64,000 nt of DNA from Nitrosopumilus sp. (GTDB taxonomy: Archaea; Thermoproteota; Nitrososphaeria; Nitrososphaerales; Nitrosopumilaceae), in contig OZ240211.1 in the NCBI GenBank assembly GCA_965197525.1, positions 1,568,001-1,632,000 on the forward strand, written 5' to 3'. The notes under the pieces were generated by a model. That model searched no databases. It was not told where the DNA came from and saw nothing but the letters and a program-made list of their open reading frames with translations. Positions 19,835-29,673 of the stretch are shown here, one piece after another. Both the position numbers and the translations under genes were made by a program. Within the stretch, counting starts at the first letter, position 1. The number at the start of each line of letters is the position of its first letter.

Positions 19835-20998
19835 GTGTTTGGAAAAAACCTAGATGATGTAACTTATGATGACATAATCAAACTGAAAGAAAGAAAAATA
19901 GATGAAAGTGACATTTTAGATTACAAGATAGACTTTCAAAAAGAGGATGAGATCATAAAACATGTTTGTGCCTTGGCTAACACTCGTGGAGGATACTTGA
20001 TCTTTGGAATAAAAGCATCAAAGGATGGCGGACATCCAACAGAGATTAGAGGAATGGAGAATAACAAGATACATAAAGAAAAAATTGAAAATTTAATGCT
20101 GTCTAACATAGTTCCACGTTTGGACATCAAAATAAAAACAGTTGCAGTACCAGATACAGAAAATTCAATTTTGCTTGTACAAGTTCCTGACAGTTACAAC
20201 AAACCACACTATAATCAGAAGAACAATAAATTCTACAAACGATACAACTTTCAATCTAATGAAATGACAGAACAAGAAATTGCAGATTCCTACAGGAGAC
20301 GTTTTTCATCACATGATCAAGTTGAGCAATATGTGAATCGTTTGTTTAGAAAACAAAAGACGTCTTCCCTTGTTGAGAGCATCATAGTTATTCCGTCAAA
20401 TATAGAACATAGATTAATCGACACATTTGACCGCACAAAGTATGAATGGTTGGGAGATATTTCGCTAAAACATAGTTGGGGACCGCGTGCAAATCCAAAT
20501 AACTTTTTTCCGTCTAGTCTACGACCTTTTGCCGATGGACTTTATAGTAAGAATGGAGAAACACAAAGAACAGAGATTCATAGAAACGGCTGCATTTTTT
20601 ATACATCTGTCCATGAACAGTTACTCTATAATAATTTGAAAGCCAGATCTAATGACAACGATTATTATAATTTACTGTCTGGAGTATATGCAGTTAAAAC
20701 AATGCATACACTCCAAGCCGCATATCAGATCATGTCTCATTATAACTACCTCGGCGAGGTAAAGATTATTGCGAGAATTGTTTGTCCTCCTCACACTCAA
20801 TTACTTTTTAAGGATAATAGGCTTATACGCCTCTCTCAAAACTTAATCATTCACATAGAAAAGATGTTCTCATTACAACACATCAAAACCAATTATCAAG
20901 AGATTACCGCAGATGTTATGCATGAAGTAGTAAACCATTTTGGAGTAGAAAGATGTGAGTTATTTGATACAGAGGGACAATGGATAGAAGATTGCTAA
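19835..20998 (+). CDS. Schlafen AlbA_2 domain protein
   Basis: IDESDILDYK, VCALANTRGGYLIFGIK, KPH...FYKRYNFQS motifs. Confidence 0.85.
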   Translation: MFGKNLDDVTYDDIIKLKERKIDESDILDYKIDFQKEDEIIKHVCALANTRGGYLIFGIKASKDGGHPTEIRGMENNKIHKEKIENLMLSNIVPRLDIKIKTVAVPDTENSILLVQVPDSYNKPHYNQKNNKFYKRYNFQSNEMTEQEIADSYRRRFSSHDQVEQYVNRLFRKQKTSSLVESIIVIPSNIEHRLIDTFDRTKYEWLGDISLKHSWGPRANPNNFFPSSLRPFADGLYSKNGETQRTEIHRNGCIFYTSVHEQLLYNNLKARSNDNDYYNLLSGVYAVKTMHTLQAAYQIMSHYNYLGEVKIIARIVCPPHTQLLFKDNRLIRLSQNLIIHIEKMFSLQHIKTNYQEITADVMHEVVNHFGVERCELFDTEGQWIEDC

Positions 20999-21051
20999 TG
21001 AATTTTTGACAGGTCAATATGATTACTGACTATCTCTTGAGATTTTAAAAA

Positions 21052-21339
21052 TTAAGGTCTAACGTGATTTAACACTACTTTTTTACCATGTAGATCTTGG
21101 TTATGACAAAAATCAACCTGAAAATTAAAACCACAGTTAACACATAGAAAACCTGGCGTTGAGTTAGGTAATGTGTCGGCACATTCTGCACCGCATAGTA
21201 AACAATTCATCCCATGTGGGTCATACCATACCTCTGTTTTGCCGTCATCAGATACTTGATACCAATATCCTTGAGGAACTTCAAGTTGTCGTTCATGTCT
21301 TGTGACACCTTTTAGTGTCTTGTAGGCTGTAACCTCCAT
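21052..21339 (-). CDS. Small Zn-ribbon protein
   Basis: CLLCGAEC...CVNCG. Confidence 0.55.
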   Translation of the reverse strand: MEVTAYKTLKGVTRHERQLEVPQGYWYQVSDDGKTEVWYDPHGMNCLLCGAECADTLPNSTPGFLCVNCGFNFQVDFCHNQDLHGKKVVLNHVRP

Positions 21340-21460
21340 AGTATATTTTAGTGTAGATAGGGTTTAAAAGTTTGTTATAAAATTAGATATGATTAATTTT
21401 TGTTCTTTGTTAATTCATACTCACTAAGAATGGAACTTTGTAAAAATATTTCAAAGAACA

Positions 21461-21800
21461 TCAAATGCACAAGTTTGCATATTCCTCAACCTTACTACGA
21501 CCAATCATATGTGTATCGTTTTGATTACCAGAAGGTCTAGGACACAGTAACAACCAACGCTGTATCCGATTATGCCTCTGACATTTTGGCGGTTCTAAAA
21601 CTGGCAGATTCATTCTTTTCATGTCATGTTTGTTAATTCCGGTAACTAACACACCATTTGGTTTTAGCATTTGTGCAATATTTTGTAATATTTTTTTCTT
21701 AGATTTCATATCAATATAACGTATAACGTTCAGACAGATTATAATATCAAATTGATTTTCATATTTTAACTGCTGCAAGTCAGCACAGATAAATTCTACT
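21461..21800 (-). pseudogene. C-terminal half of a class I SAM methyltransferase (CheR-like)
   Basis: VEFICADLQQ...FDIIICLNVIRYI...LKPNGVLV; SAM-binding motif I is missing, and the fragment abuts the 509-aa gene. Confidence 0.6.
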
Positions 21801-21806
21801 CCACTG

Positions 21807-23336
21807 TTATTTTTCAGGGTTAGGATCAGAGGATATATTAGAATTGTGTCGAATATGAATATCCGTTTGCTTGAGGAGTTTGACTATGTCATTCCTTAAC
21901 GGATTAACCCTCCTGTCGAAACCAGTAGTTTCATGCGCATCACTCTCGATCACACACTTGCCGTAACCGTCTGGACATATGGCAATGTGTCCATTCCATT
22001 TGCTGTCATTTGGAAACTTGAGCCGAATAATGACTGCATTTTTATCGTTTATCGAAATGTTTGCGATCGGATCCTCAAAAGTAGCACACATACTTCGGAT
22101 GCATGGATCCGCATGCCATGCAGAGCTTGCAGCCTCTATATAACGCGTCCCGGAAAGTCTCCCTGTTCCAGTAATGCCGCCAATTGAGTCCCTAAGGGCA
22201 TCGAGAGCTGCGTAGGTCGTTACTGCTTCGTATAAGTCAGATGGTAATTTTTCAAGATCGCAGGTATTCGGAGTGATAGGTGTAGCCGGATCGTTCGCTA
22301 AATCCCTGATAGTTGAGTTGAGCGAAGATTTGGTCCGTAAAGAGTCGAGGAGTTGTGGTCCATACGCTTCTTTGACCGTTGACTTGGAATTGCGTTCATC
22401 AAGCACCTTTTGTGGACTTGAAGATTTCTCTGGAGATAGAACATCTGGCATGATTTGAGGGGTAAACCATCCGTGGCGTCCTTGCATTGCTTCCAGCATT
22501 GCTGATGAAACGTCTAGATCAACAGTGTCTTTTGCAGGTTCTTTGCTAGTCATTATCGCAAAGCGATATTCGCGTTGGTCTTGAAATCTGCGGTCTTTTA
22601 TAAAAAGTGGTAGTAACGTAAATGCAGTTTCCGTGGTTGAACTAAATATTACATCATATGGACCATCTGCATAAACTACGGGGCCATGATAGATAACCTG
22701 CCCTTTGTGCTTTGTGTTGAAAGTAGAATTATTACCAAAAGTGTGACGCATGGAGCCGTTATCACCCTGAGGCCCACACTGTTCTGCCACCATGGAGCCA
22801 AGAACCCGAGCAAATTCCCGCGGATGGCGTATGTATGAGGTATGGTCGTACTCACGCACAGATTCTTGCCACTTGTCTTTGTCACTCTGATTTGTTGGTT
22901 CGATTGAAGTGCAGAATATCCATCCACTCTTATCTGAAGTTAACGATTCTGTTGTCGTGGGTGTGATTTTGCCATCATCTACTCTATGTCTACTTGGTGT
23001 TTCCATTGGCTCTGATGCTAGATCAGATTTGTTATTGGCAGATTGTGCTCTTAGAGCACTATTCTGTTCGTTTAGTTTCCCGGAAGGATTAGTGCTAGAT
23101 TGTTTTGCTTCAGCAGTATCACCGATCAGACCTTTTTCGATATTCCTAAATACTTTCGGTTTAGATAAGTGTATTTTATTACATCTTTCAATTGCATACC
23201 GTTCATCACATCCTTTGATCAGTGTTGTGATTGGTACACGGTCAGATGGACGCCGAAAATCTACATATATTACCAGGATAAGATTGCCAGCGTTATCTAC
23301 ATGAAAACCTTCGGACATCAGAAAGGGCTCACACAT
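21807..23336 (-). CDS. Hypothetical 509-aa protein of atypical composition
   Basis: Long ORF; GWIFCTS, HGPVVY and KDRRFQDQREYRF motifs; visibly more GC-rich than its flanks. Confidence 0.75.
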   Translation of the reverse strand: MCEPFLMSEGFHVDNAGNLILVIYVDFRRPSDRVPITTLIKGCDERYAIERCNKIHLSKPKVFRNIEKGLIGDTAEAKQSSTNPSGKLNEQNSALRAQSANNKSDLASEPMETPSRHRVDDGKITPTTTESLTSDKSGWIFCTSIEPTNQSDKDKWQESVREYDHTSYIRHPREFARVLGSMVAEQCGPQGDNGSMRHTFGNNSTFNTKHKGQVIYHGPVVYADGPYDVIFSSTTETAFTLLPLFIKDRRFQDQREYRFAIMTSKEPAKDTVDLDVSSAMLEAMQGRHGWFTPQIMPDVLSPEKSSSPQKVLDERNSKSTVKEAYGPQLLDSLRTKSSLNSTIRDLANDPATPITPNTCDLEKLPSDLYEAVTTYAALDALRDSIGGITGTGRLSGTRYIEAASSAWHADPCIRSMCATFEDPIANISINDKNAVIIRLKFPNDSKWNGHIAICPDGYGKCVIESDAHETTGFDRRVNPLRNDIVKLLKQTDIHIRHNSNISSDPNPEK

Positions 23337-23818
23337 AGTAAATCTGTGTGACTGACAGAATTATAAATCAAGTGTTGTACGGGGTGTCATTCAAATCTCA
23401 GTTCTACAGATCGTAACAGGCTAGATTACCCGGAACGCTTCTGTCAGTTTTTCAAACCAATTCAATTCCTGATTACCCCACGTGAGTAGGCACGTCATTA
23501 TGGTGCCGAACATGATCTTTCCTATGACATCTACAAACTGCTGGCGTATCTCTGTTTGTTTCGCACATACGTTAGTTTTCATGTTCGGAGCCTAACTGCG
23601 ATTAACCCTAATGAATTGGTAAGAATGGTACTGAGTGATAGAGCTCGTATAGATATGTGTCCAACCATCTTCTTGGCGAAACACTGTTCCCAGCTGATGC
23701 CGTACTCAAACACACAAAAATCCAGAAAATCTTTAAAAAGAGTGCACATAGATATTCTTTTAGCTATAAGACTAATGATATCAGCACATCTATAAACTGT
23801 CATGTGTTTTGAATTCGC

Positions 23819-24214
23819 GTGCAGTATTCCAATTGGAATGATTTTGAAAAATTTCATCAGAAATCTACACGATTTAGTCGCAACACTATGGCTACAATGG
23901 GATTTGGTTATGGCGGTGCTAGTCCGGAAGCTAAATGTGCCGTGTTCTCGCTGTTATATATAAAGATGGTTGGGACGTTCCACAATAAAATAATAGATTA
24001 CTGTAGTCGCAACGAAATAAAAACTAAGAACAAACCCTTACGCATATTGTTGGACAAGATAAAAGAACATAATGTGATAAATTTGAATTTTGCAGAATTA
24101 GAATGCATACTCAGTAAGCGCAACAGTATAGCACATGAGCCTGATTTCCTTATATCCGAGAGTACGTTTGAGATGGATAAAAAAACACTGTTTGCTGAAT
24201 ATTCGAAATTATAG
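23819..24214 (+). CDS. Small stand-alone HEPN-like protein
   Basis: KRNSIAHE (Rx4H) near the C-terminus of a 131-aa helical protein; TTG/GTG-type start uncertain. Confidence 0.5.
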   Translation: MQYSNWNDFEKFHQKSTRFSRNTMATMGFGYGGASPEAKCAVFSLLYIKMVGTFHNKIIDYCSRNEIKTKNKPLRILLDKIKEHNVINLNFAELECILSKRNSIAHEPDFLISESTFEMDKKTLFAEYSKL

Positions 24215-24428
24215 TTAGGATCACAAATTCGTGTGGATTAATTCAGTTTTTTTGTTTATGTATTTAATCAATTTCAGATTGAATCATACTAGATAATATG
24301 TCGAGATGGCCATATATAGTTGGGGTCAAAAAGTTTCGATCATTGAATCTTATACTCCACGTAGCCAACATGAGCCGAATTTTTTGACTCCTATGCATTA
24401 TTGGAGCACATGCACGAGTTCAGATAAC

Positions 24429-24809
24429 TTAATGATACGACATACCGCTACTAGTGCGACGTAATATTCTAATGTAATTAGATAGTGGTTCTGAACATCT
24501 CTTGCAAAAGGTTGCTGTAGAACCTATTATTCTAACTTCTTTTACTGTTAATGGTTCAAATGTATCTAGGAACATAAGGCAATATGTCTGCACGCCAATA
24601 CAATCAATACCGCATGTAATACATATGCCATCTCCAAACTGTTGTATGACACGTTTGACATAATCAAAAAGATCCACCGTACATCTATTGCAAAATAAAA
24701 TACCGGTTCCGTCAAGATTCTTTACATTCAATGGCTTCAACGTAGTAGTTTCAAACAAATAACTTTTAGGTTCATTCCCGCATTCTGTGTCACAAATACC
24801 ACATTTCAT
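24429..24809 (-). CDS. Duplicated zinc-finger protein
   Basis: CGICDTEC...FCNRC and CITCGIDC...FCKRC; two homologous halves. Confidence 0.65.
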   Translation of the reverse strand: MKCGICDTECGNEPKSYLFETTTLKPLNVKNLDGTGILFCNRCTVDLFDYVKRVIQQFGDGICITCGIDCIGVQTYCLMFLDTFEPLTVKEVRIIGSTATFCKRCSEPLSNYIRILRRTSSGMSYH

Positions 24810-25533
24810 GCTATCACTATTCCGTTGATCATATAAATTGACTATAAGAGTTCATCGTACTGCGGTTTTGTCTAGTCAAAGTCACGAGGATGTTCTTCTC
24901 AACGTACGTGATATAAAATCTAGTGTCTGTCTGCATTCATATTTATTGATACAGATCGACCTTGGTAATGCATCAACTGGCTATAGTAACGCATATAAAT
25001 TTGCGCAGTCTTACCTGTAGCCAATTTCTTTGATTAGGTTATCATGATATGGTTGTAGGCACCATCGTGCATGGAAATGTATGTATTTTCTTCAAAAAAT
25101 AATGTTTAGGTGTACGAACTTATGCTTTTAGATGTATGTTTGTAATTATTCCATTCATGACGTTTCGCGGAATCGTTCTGGACCACCTGTATCTGGGAAG
25201 AATCCGGAGACTTTTGAGATCTCCATCGTAGTAACGGTACAGACAGTCGCAGATCCACGTGAGACAGTGTACCGGGATGTTGACAGTCCATCCACGGACA
25301 TGTCAAGGACTCGTACCATGCAAACGACGACTATTTTGATTTGAACCTTAGTCATCCTTCTTGCGTGCCTTTTCGAGTTCTTCCCGTTTTGTATCATCCA
25401 TGCATCTTTGAGATGAGATCTGATCTACAAACTTTTCAATTAATTATACGCAAACTTTGACGCGTCGATATAGGCACGTTTGAAGAGGTTGTGTGACTAG
25501 CTACATTTTGTAGAAAATTTTTACGCTAACTTT

Positions 25534-26469
25534 TCATTCTTGGTACAGTTCGGAGTATTTGGCAATCCACATAACAGATGCTTGGCTAAGACCAGTCAAC
25601 CACTTTAGTTGCGCGTGGGTGTGTTCCGGTTGTACGGGTTGAACAAATTTGGGCGGCCTGAGTGAACAGCCGAGTTTTACGGCAAGTTGGTCAAATTCGG
25701 CTAACAATTCATCCATATTATCCCCTTTTTTCTTGAGTTTTTCCTCCGGTGTATTACTCAGTGAGTGTGAGCCCATATTACGGGTTCTTCGTATGATGTC
25801 TACTGCGGCAAAGAATAGCTCGGCATCTGATCCCCAGCACTCATCGCTTTTGACCTTGTCCTTAAATTTGCACATTTTATTGTACATGGAACGCTCGTTC
25901 CACGTACCCATCATCTTGTCAGCATAATGCTCAATTGCCTGTAACATTGTGAGGAATAAACCACGCCATGCCGAAAGGTCATCGCGCCTCCTGATGTGAG
26001 CATGGATCAGACAGATCCCATATATGGAGAATTTATTGCCAGAACATAATGGTAGTACGTTAAACGGTAGAACCGGCGTAGGGATGTCATCTATACCATA
26101 CCACAACACATCCCAGTTCAGCATCAATCCATGGAATATTGCAGGTATGTTCTGTATTAAATAATCGGCATCCGCAAAGCGGGCAGATTTACTGCCCACT
26201 ATGACCACATCCACATCCAGAATGTTTCTAGGATCCAAGCCTAACTCATGTTCAATGTTAAATCCCATGCCTTTCAGGAATTGAACAATCTGATTCATTT
26301 CATAATGCATGTCATCCAGATCCGTGCTAATATGCAGTATGTTTACATACCTGGATCTGACTCTGTTGCGTCCTGTACACCGAAACATCTCAATACGAAA
26401 GTCCGCCATTGAATGGACGAATTTCCCCCAATCAAGTCTGGAATCAAACTTTGGTGTATTGGTAGTCAT
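25534..26469 (-). CDS. Hypothetical protein with C-terminal HEPN-like motif
   Basis: IIRRTRNMGSHS (Rx4H). Confidence 0.6.
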   Translation of the reverse strand: MTTNTPKFDSRLDWGKFVHSMADFRIEMFRCTGRNRVRSRYVNILHISTDLDDMHYEMNQIVQFLKGMGFNIEHELGLDPRNILDVDVVIVGSKSARFADADYLIQNIPAIFHGLMLNWDVLWYGIDDIPTPVLPFNVLPLCSGNKFSIYGICLIHAHIRRRDDLSAWRGLFLTMLQAIEHYADKMMGTWNERSMYNKMCKFKDKVKSDECWGSDAELFFAAVDIIRRTRNMGSHSLSNTPEEKLKKKGDNMDELLAEFDQLAVKLGCSLRPPKFVQPVQPEHTHAQLKWLTGLSQASVMWIAKYSELYQE

Positions 26470-26514
26470 GTAGCATCACACATGATTTAGATGACTCCAA
26501 GTATTATTCATATG

Positions 26515-27089
26515 TTAGTCAACAGGTGACATACTGTGGAATATGAAAAGTAATTACCCCCAAAAAAACTCCCCTTAAATAGAATTCAGTTATACAAATA
26601 ATGGAAACGTTGTGTTTGTTGCAAAAAATAAAAATAGAGATGTTTTGTTTTAAGATGTTTTTCAAACACAACAAACACAGCGTTTTCCAAACAACGATAA
26701 ATACAAACAACGATAAATACAAACAGTTGCCAGTCAACTGGATATTTTTTATTTAATGAAATAATTAGACATGTTTTTGTAGTCTGTGTTTATCATTTGC
26801 CTAAAAACCACCAAAAAAAGTGGCTTAAATAGAATTCATTTATCAAATAATGAAGATGTTGTAGTTTGTTATAAAAAATTAATAAGTTTGTTTGATGTCA
26901 ATACTTTTTGGTTTTAACCATAAAATAACAAATACAACATCTTCAAAATAACTATAAACCCAAACAGTTACTAGTCAACTGTATATTGATGAAGATACAC
27001 ATATTTTTAATAATCTTTAATTATTGTTTGTAATATATCCAAAAAACCCCAAAAAAAGTGGCTTATATACTATTCAATATTCTATAAAC
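26515..27089 (+). promoter_or_regulatory. Triplicated promoter-like unit (palindrome plus BRE/TATA) with two long hairpins
   Basis: CTTAAATA at 26574 and 26824, CTTATATA at 27062; CAGTTRCYAGTCAACTG at 26724 and 26965, partial at 26515; hairpins 26603-26688 and 26852-26944. Confidence 0.7.
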
Positions 27090-27650
27090 ATGAACATTTT
27101 AAAATGTTTACCAAAAAATGACCTCTTTACGCCACGTCAACGAAGACGAGCAGTATCAGGTCCAATTGTCGCAATTCTGATTATCGTTGTAGCAATTGCA
27201 ATTGTCGCAATTTTGATAGGTACAACTACTGATTTGATAGGTACAGCAAGTATTGTTGATTCAGTTGATCTTTCCAAGCAGACACTGTATGCAAAGCAAG
27301 AATTTGCCAGTATTACTGTGAAAAATAGTGGTACTACACCGATAGAAGATATTCAAGCATATTTGCTAATTACAAGTGACAGTGATTGTGGAAATGAGGG
27401 TACTTATAGAGCCTCAATTGGTGTAAATACTCTTACAAATGGTACTAAGGTTGTACAAGAGATAGAAGAACTAAATCCTGGTCAATCAGCAACAATTAGT
27501 GGTGATCTCTATCAAACTGATACTACCACTGGTATTGATTGCACTGGTACTAATAATATTGATGATCGAAAAGAATACATCATTCAAGTAGACGGTACGG
27601 GTGAAGGTACTCAAGAAACATCATTCACAACAACTGTCCGTTCTAGATAA
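27090..27650 (+). CDS. Archaeal type IV pilin / archaellin-like protein
   Basis: Class III signal peptide RQRRRA|VSGPIVAILIIVVAIAIVAIL; SITVKNSGT Ig-like motif; ATG 27090 lies 28 bp after the TATA box (leaderless). Confidence 0.85.
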   Translation: MNILKCLPKNDLFTPRQRRRAVSGPIVAILIIVVAIAIVAILIGTTTDLIGTASIVDSVDLSKQTLYAKQEFASITVKNSGTTPIEDIQAYLLITSDSDCGNEGTYRASIGVNTLTNGTKVVQEIEELNPGQSATISGDLYQTDTTTGIDCTGTNNIDDRKEYIIQVDGTGEGTQETSFTTTVRSR

Positions 27651-27751
27651 TCATAGATAGGACAATCAACATTTTTTTATTTTTTATTTAATGGAATGAC
27701 ATTTTTGTATTATTCTTTGTAACGCAGTGCCACATGCGCCCCCTTTCTCTT

Positions 27752-27820
27752 AAATTTTTTCATCCTAATTTTCGATTTTTAGATGAAATTTTTTCATCCT
27801 AATTTTCAAAATTTAGATGA
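27752..27820. repeat. Two tandem 34-bp imperfect palindromes
   Basis: ttttcatcctaattttcRaWWtttagatga twice (catcc at 27761 and 27795). Confidence 0.65.
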
Positions 27821-28214
27821 TTTTTTGTGGATTATATTGATGGGTTACATAGGCTTAAACTCAGACTCTGTTAACCCATCGAAACTTTTAGGCATTTTTA
27901 GTGACTGTGATCTAAAACACTCTACACGGTGTCTACGCTTGGCAAACATCAACAAGAATGTAATCCCAAACATCATGAGTAATGTAGAAATGGAAGATAG
28001 GTGGATTGATGTGTGGACAATACTATTACAAAAAACTCGACGAATGTTATTTGGTAGAAAATATTTAGGTAAACATACATTTGGATTGGCCTTCACATTT
28101 GTAGTCATGCTATTGTTTTCATCCCTGTCTCTTTTTTCTACAATGTGAATATGATTTGTCTTCTTTTCAAAACCAAAAAAGACATTTTATATAAAACGGA
28201 ATCGTAACCGACGT

Positions 28215-29597
28215 ATGGACTCTAGAAATAAGAAAGCAACGTTGATTTTCTCAGAACATAATCCAATAAAAAAGATAACAAAGAATCACTACACTGTAGA
28301 ATCGCAAACCTCAGATAATACATACAATGTTAGAAAAATGCCAAAATCTGATGTATGGACTTGTGAATGTAGTGATTTTCACTTTAGACTGAGAAAATCA
28401 GATGACAAACACTGCAAACACATCAAATCTTGTATTTTAGTGGTAAATTCTATAAGAATACATCGCAGAATAGAAAAAACTGACATGCCAAAGGTTTGCT
28501 CAGCGTGCTATTCTAATGAAATTATTAAATCTGGATTTAGAACACTAAAGAATGGAACAAAGAGACAGCGTTATGAATGCAAAAAATGTAACAATAGGTT
28601 TATTCTAGGTGAGAATGGATTTTCAAAGGTAGAAACAAATCCCAAAATAATCTCAGAATCCATCAATTTAGTCATGTCAGGAATGTCATATAGAAGTGTT
28701 GCAAGACATATTGAGACATCACGTCAAATCAAGATTAGTCATACGTCTGTAAATAGTTGGATAAAAAAATATACCATTCTAATCAAGGAATATGTAGATA
28801 CTCTTGTTCCTAATGTATCTGATGTATGGTCCTTGGATGAAATGTACCTAAAGGTTAAAAACACAAAAAAGACAGGCAAGGGATTCCATGATTGGTTATG
28901 GAATATAGTTGACCCCAAGACTAGATTTTTGATAGCTACAGAAGTATCAAAGAGAAGGGAAACTAGTGATGCAAGAAAAATTATCGCTAGTGGAAAGCGT
29001 ATTGTTTCACAGAATAATAGACCAAATTACGTTCTAACTGACTCTCTACACGCTTATGAAAAGGCGATAAGAAAAGAGTTGGCAAATCGTACTGCTCACG
29101 TCAAAACCAAGTCTCTCAAAGATGGTTTTGTTAACAGGCCTGTTGAGAGATACCATAACACATTTCGTGAAAATTTAAAGTCAAGACGCGGACTAGGAAA
29201 TGATGAATCTGCACAGAGATTTTCTGATTTACATAGAATACATTATAATTTTACAAAACCACATCAAGGATTAGACGGTAAGACTCCAGCTCAAGAAGCT
29301 GGAATTGATCTTAAATTAGGTCATGACAAGTATAGGGATTTAATCAAGTTAGCAGGAACTAAACCAAACTTTGTAAATAATTTGGGAAAGAGAATCGATA
29401 AACTATCAATAATTCATGAAGGCGACTGTATCAAAATTTCAACTAAAGAGTGGATTGACAAAAAAATCTGGAGAGAAATTAATGATATTCTAAGCCTTCA
29501 CAAATTTAGCTGGTTATCTAATGGTAAGGACAGTTGTTGGATTAGAATTAACTCTTTGCCAATAATACAAAAAGATAAAGACGATAACCAAGACTGA
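28215..29597 (+). CDS. IS6-like DDE transposase with N-terminal SWIM and Zn-ribbon domains
   Basis: WTCECSDF...CKHI; CSAC...CKKC; HTH MSYRSVARH; DDE in WSLDEMY, LTDSLHAY and VERYHNTFRE; frame intact. Confidence 0.85.
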   Translation: MDSRNKKATLIFSEHNPIKKITKNHYTVESQTSDNTYNVRKMPKSDVWTCECSDFHFRLRKSDDKHCKHIKSCILVVNSIRIHRRIEKTDMPKVCSACYSNEIIKSGFRTLKNGTKRQRYECKKCNNRFILGENGFSKVETNPKIISESINLVMSGMSYRSVARHIETSRQIKISHTSVNSWIKKYTILIKEYVDTLVPNVSDVWSLDEMYLKVKNTKKTGKGFHDWLWNIVDPKTRFLIATEVSKRRETSDARKIIASGKRIVSQNNRPNYVLTDSLHAYEKAIRKELANRTAHVKTKSLKDGFVNRPVERYHNTFRENLKSRRGLGNDESAQRFSDLHRIHYNFTKPHQGLDGKTPAQEAGIDLKLGHDKYRDLIKLAGTKPNFVNNLGKRIDKLSIIHEGDCIKISTKEWIDKKIWREINDILSLHKFSWLSNGKDSCWIRINSLPIIQKDKDDNQD

Positions 29598-29673
29598 AAA
29601 ATCCTAAAATACTATCACCTATATGCTCATTTATATCAGAATTTAGATTTAAGCAGAGATTTACAATAATAGA

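Noticed and set aside
1799-20998. Functional link between the tRNA-modification cluster and the Schlafen/HEPN cargo
   Set aside because: Proximity is explained by the insertion site; the sequence gives no evidence of coupling
24810-25530. Short ORFs between the zinc-finger gene and the HEPN-like gene
   Set aside because: Mutually overlapping frames with no motif support; probably decayed sequence
26601-26759. 52-codon ORF in promoter unit 1
   Set aside because: The equivalent frame in unit 2 stops after four codons, while the hairpin is retained
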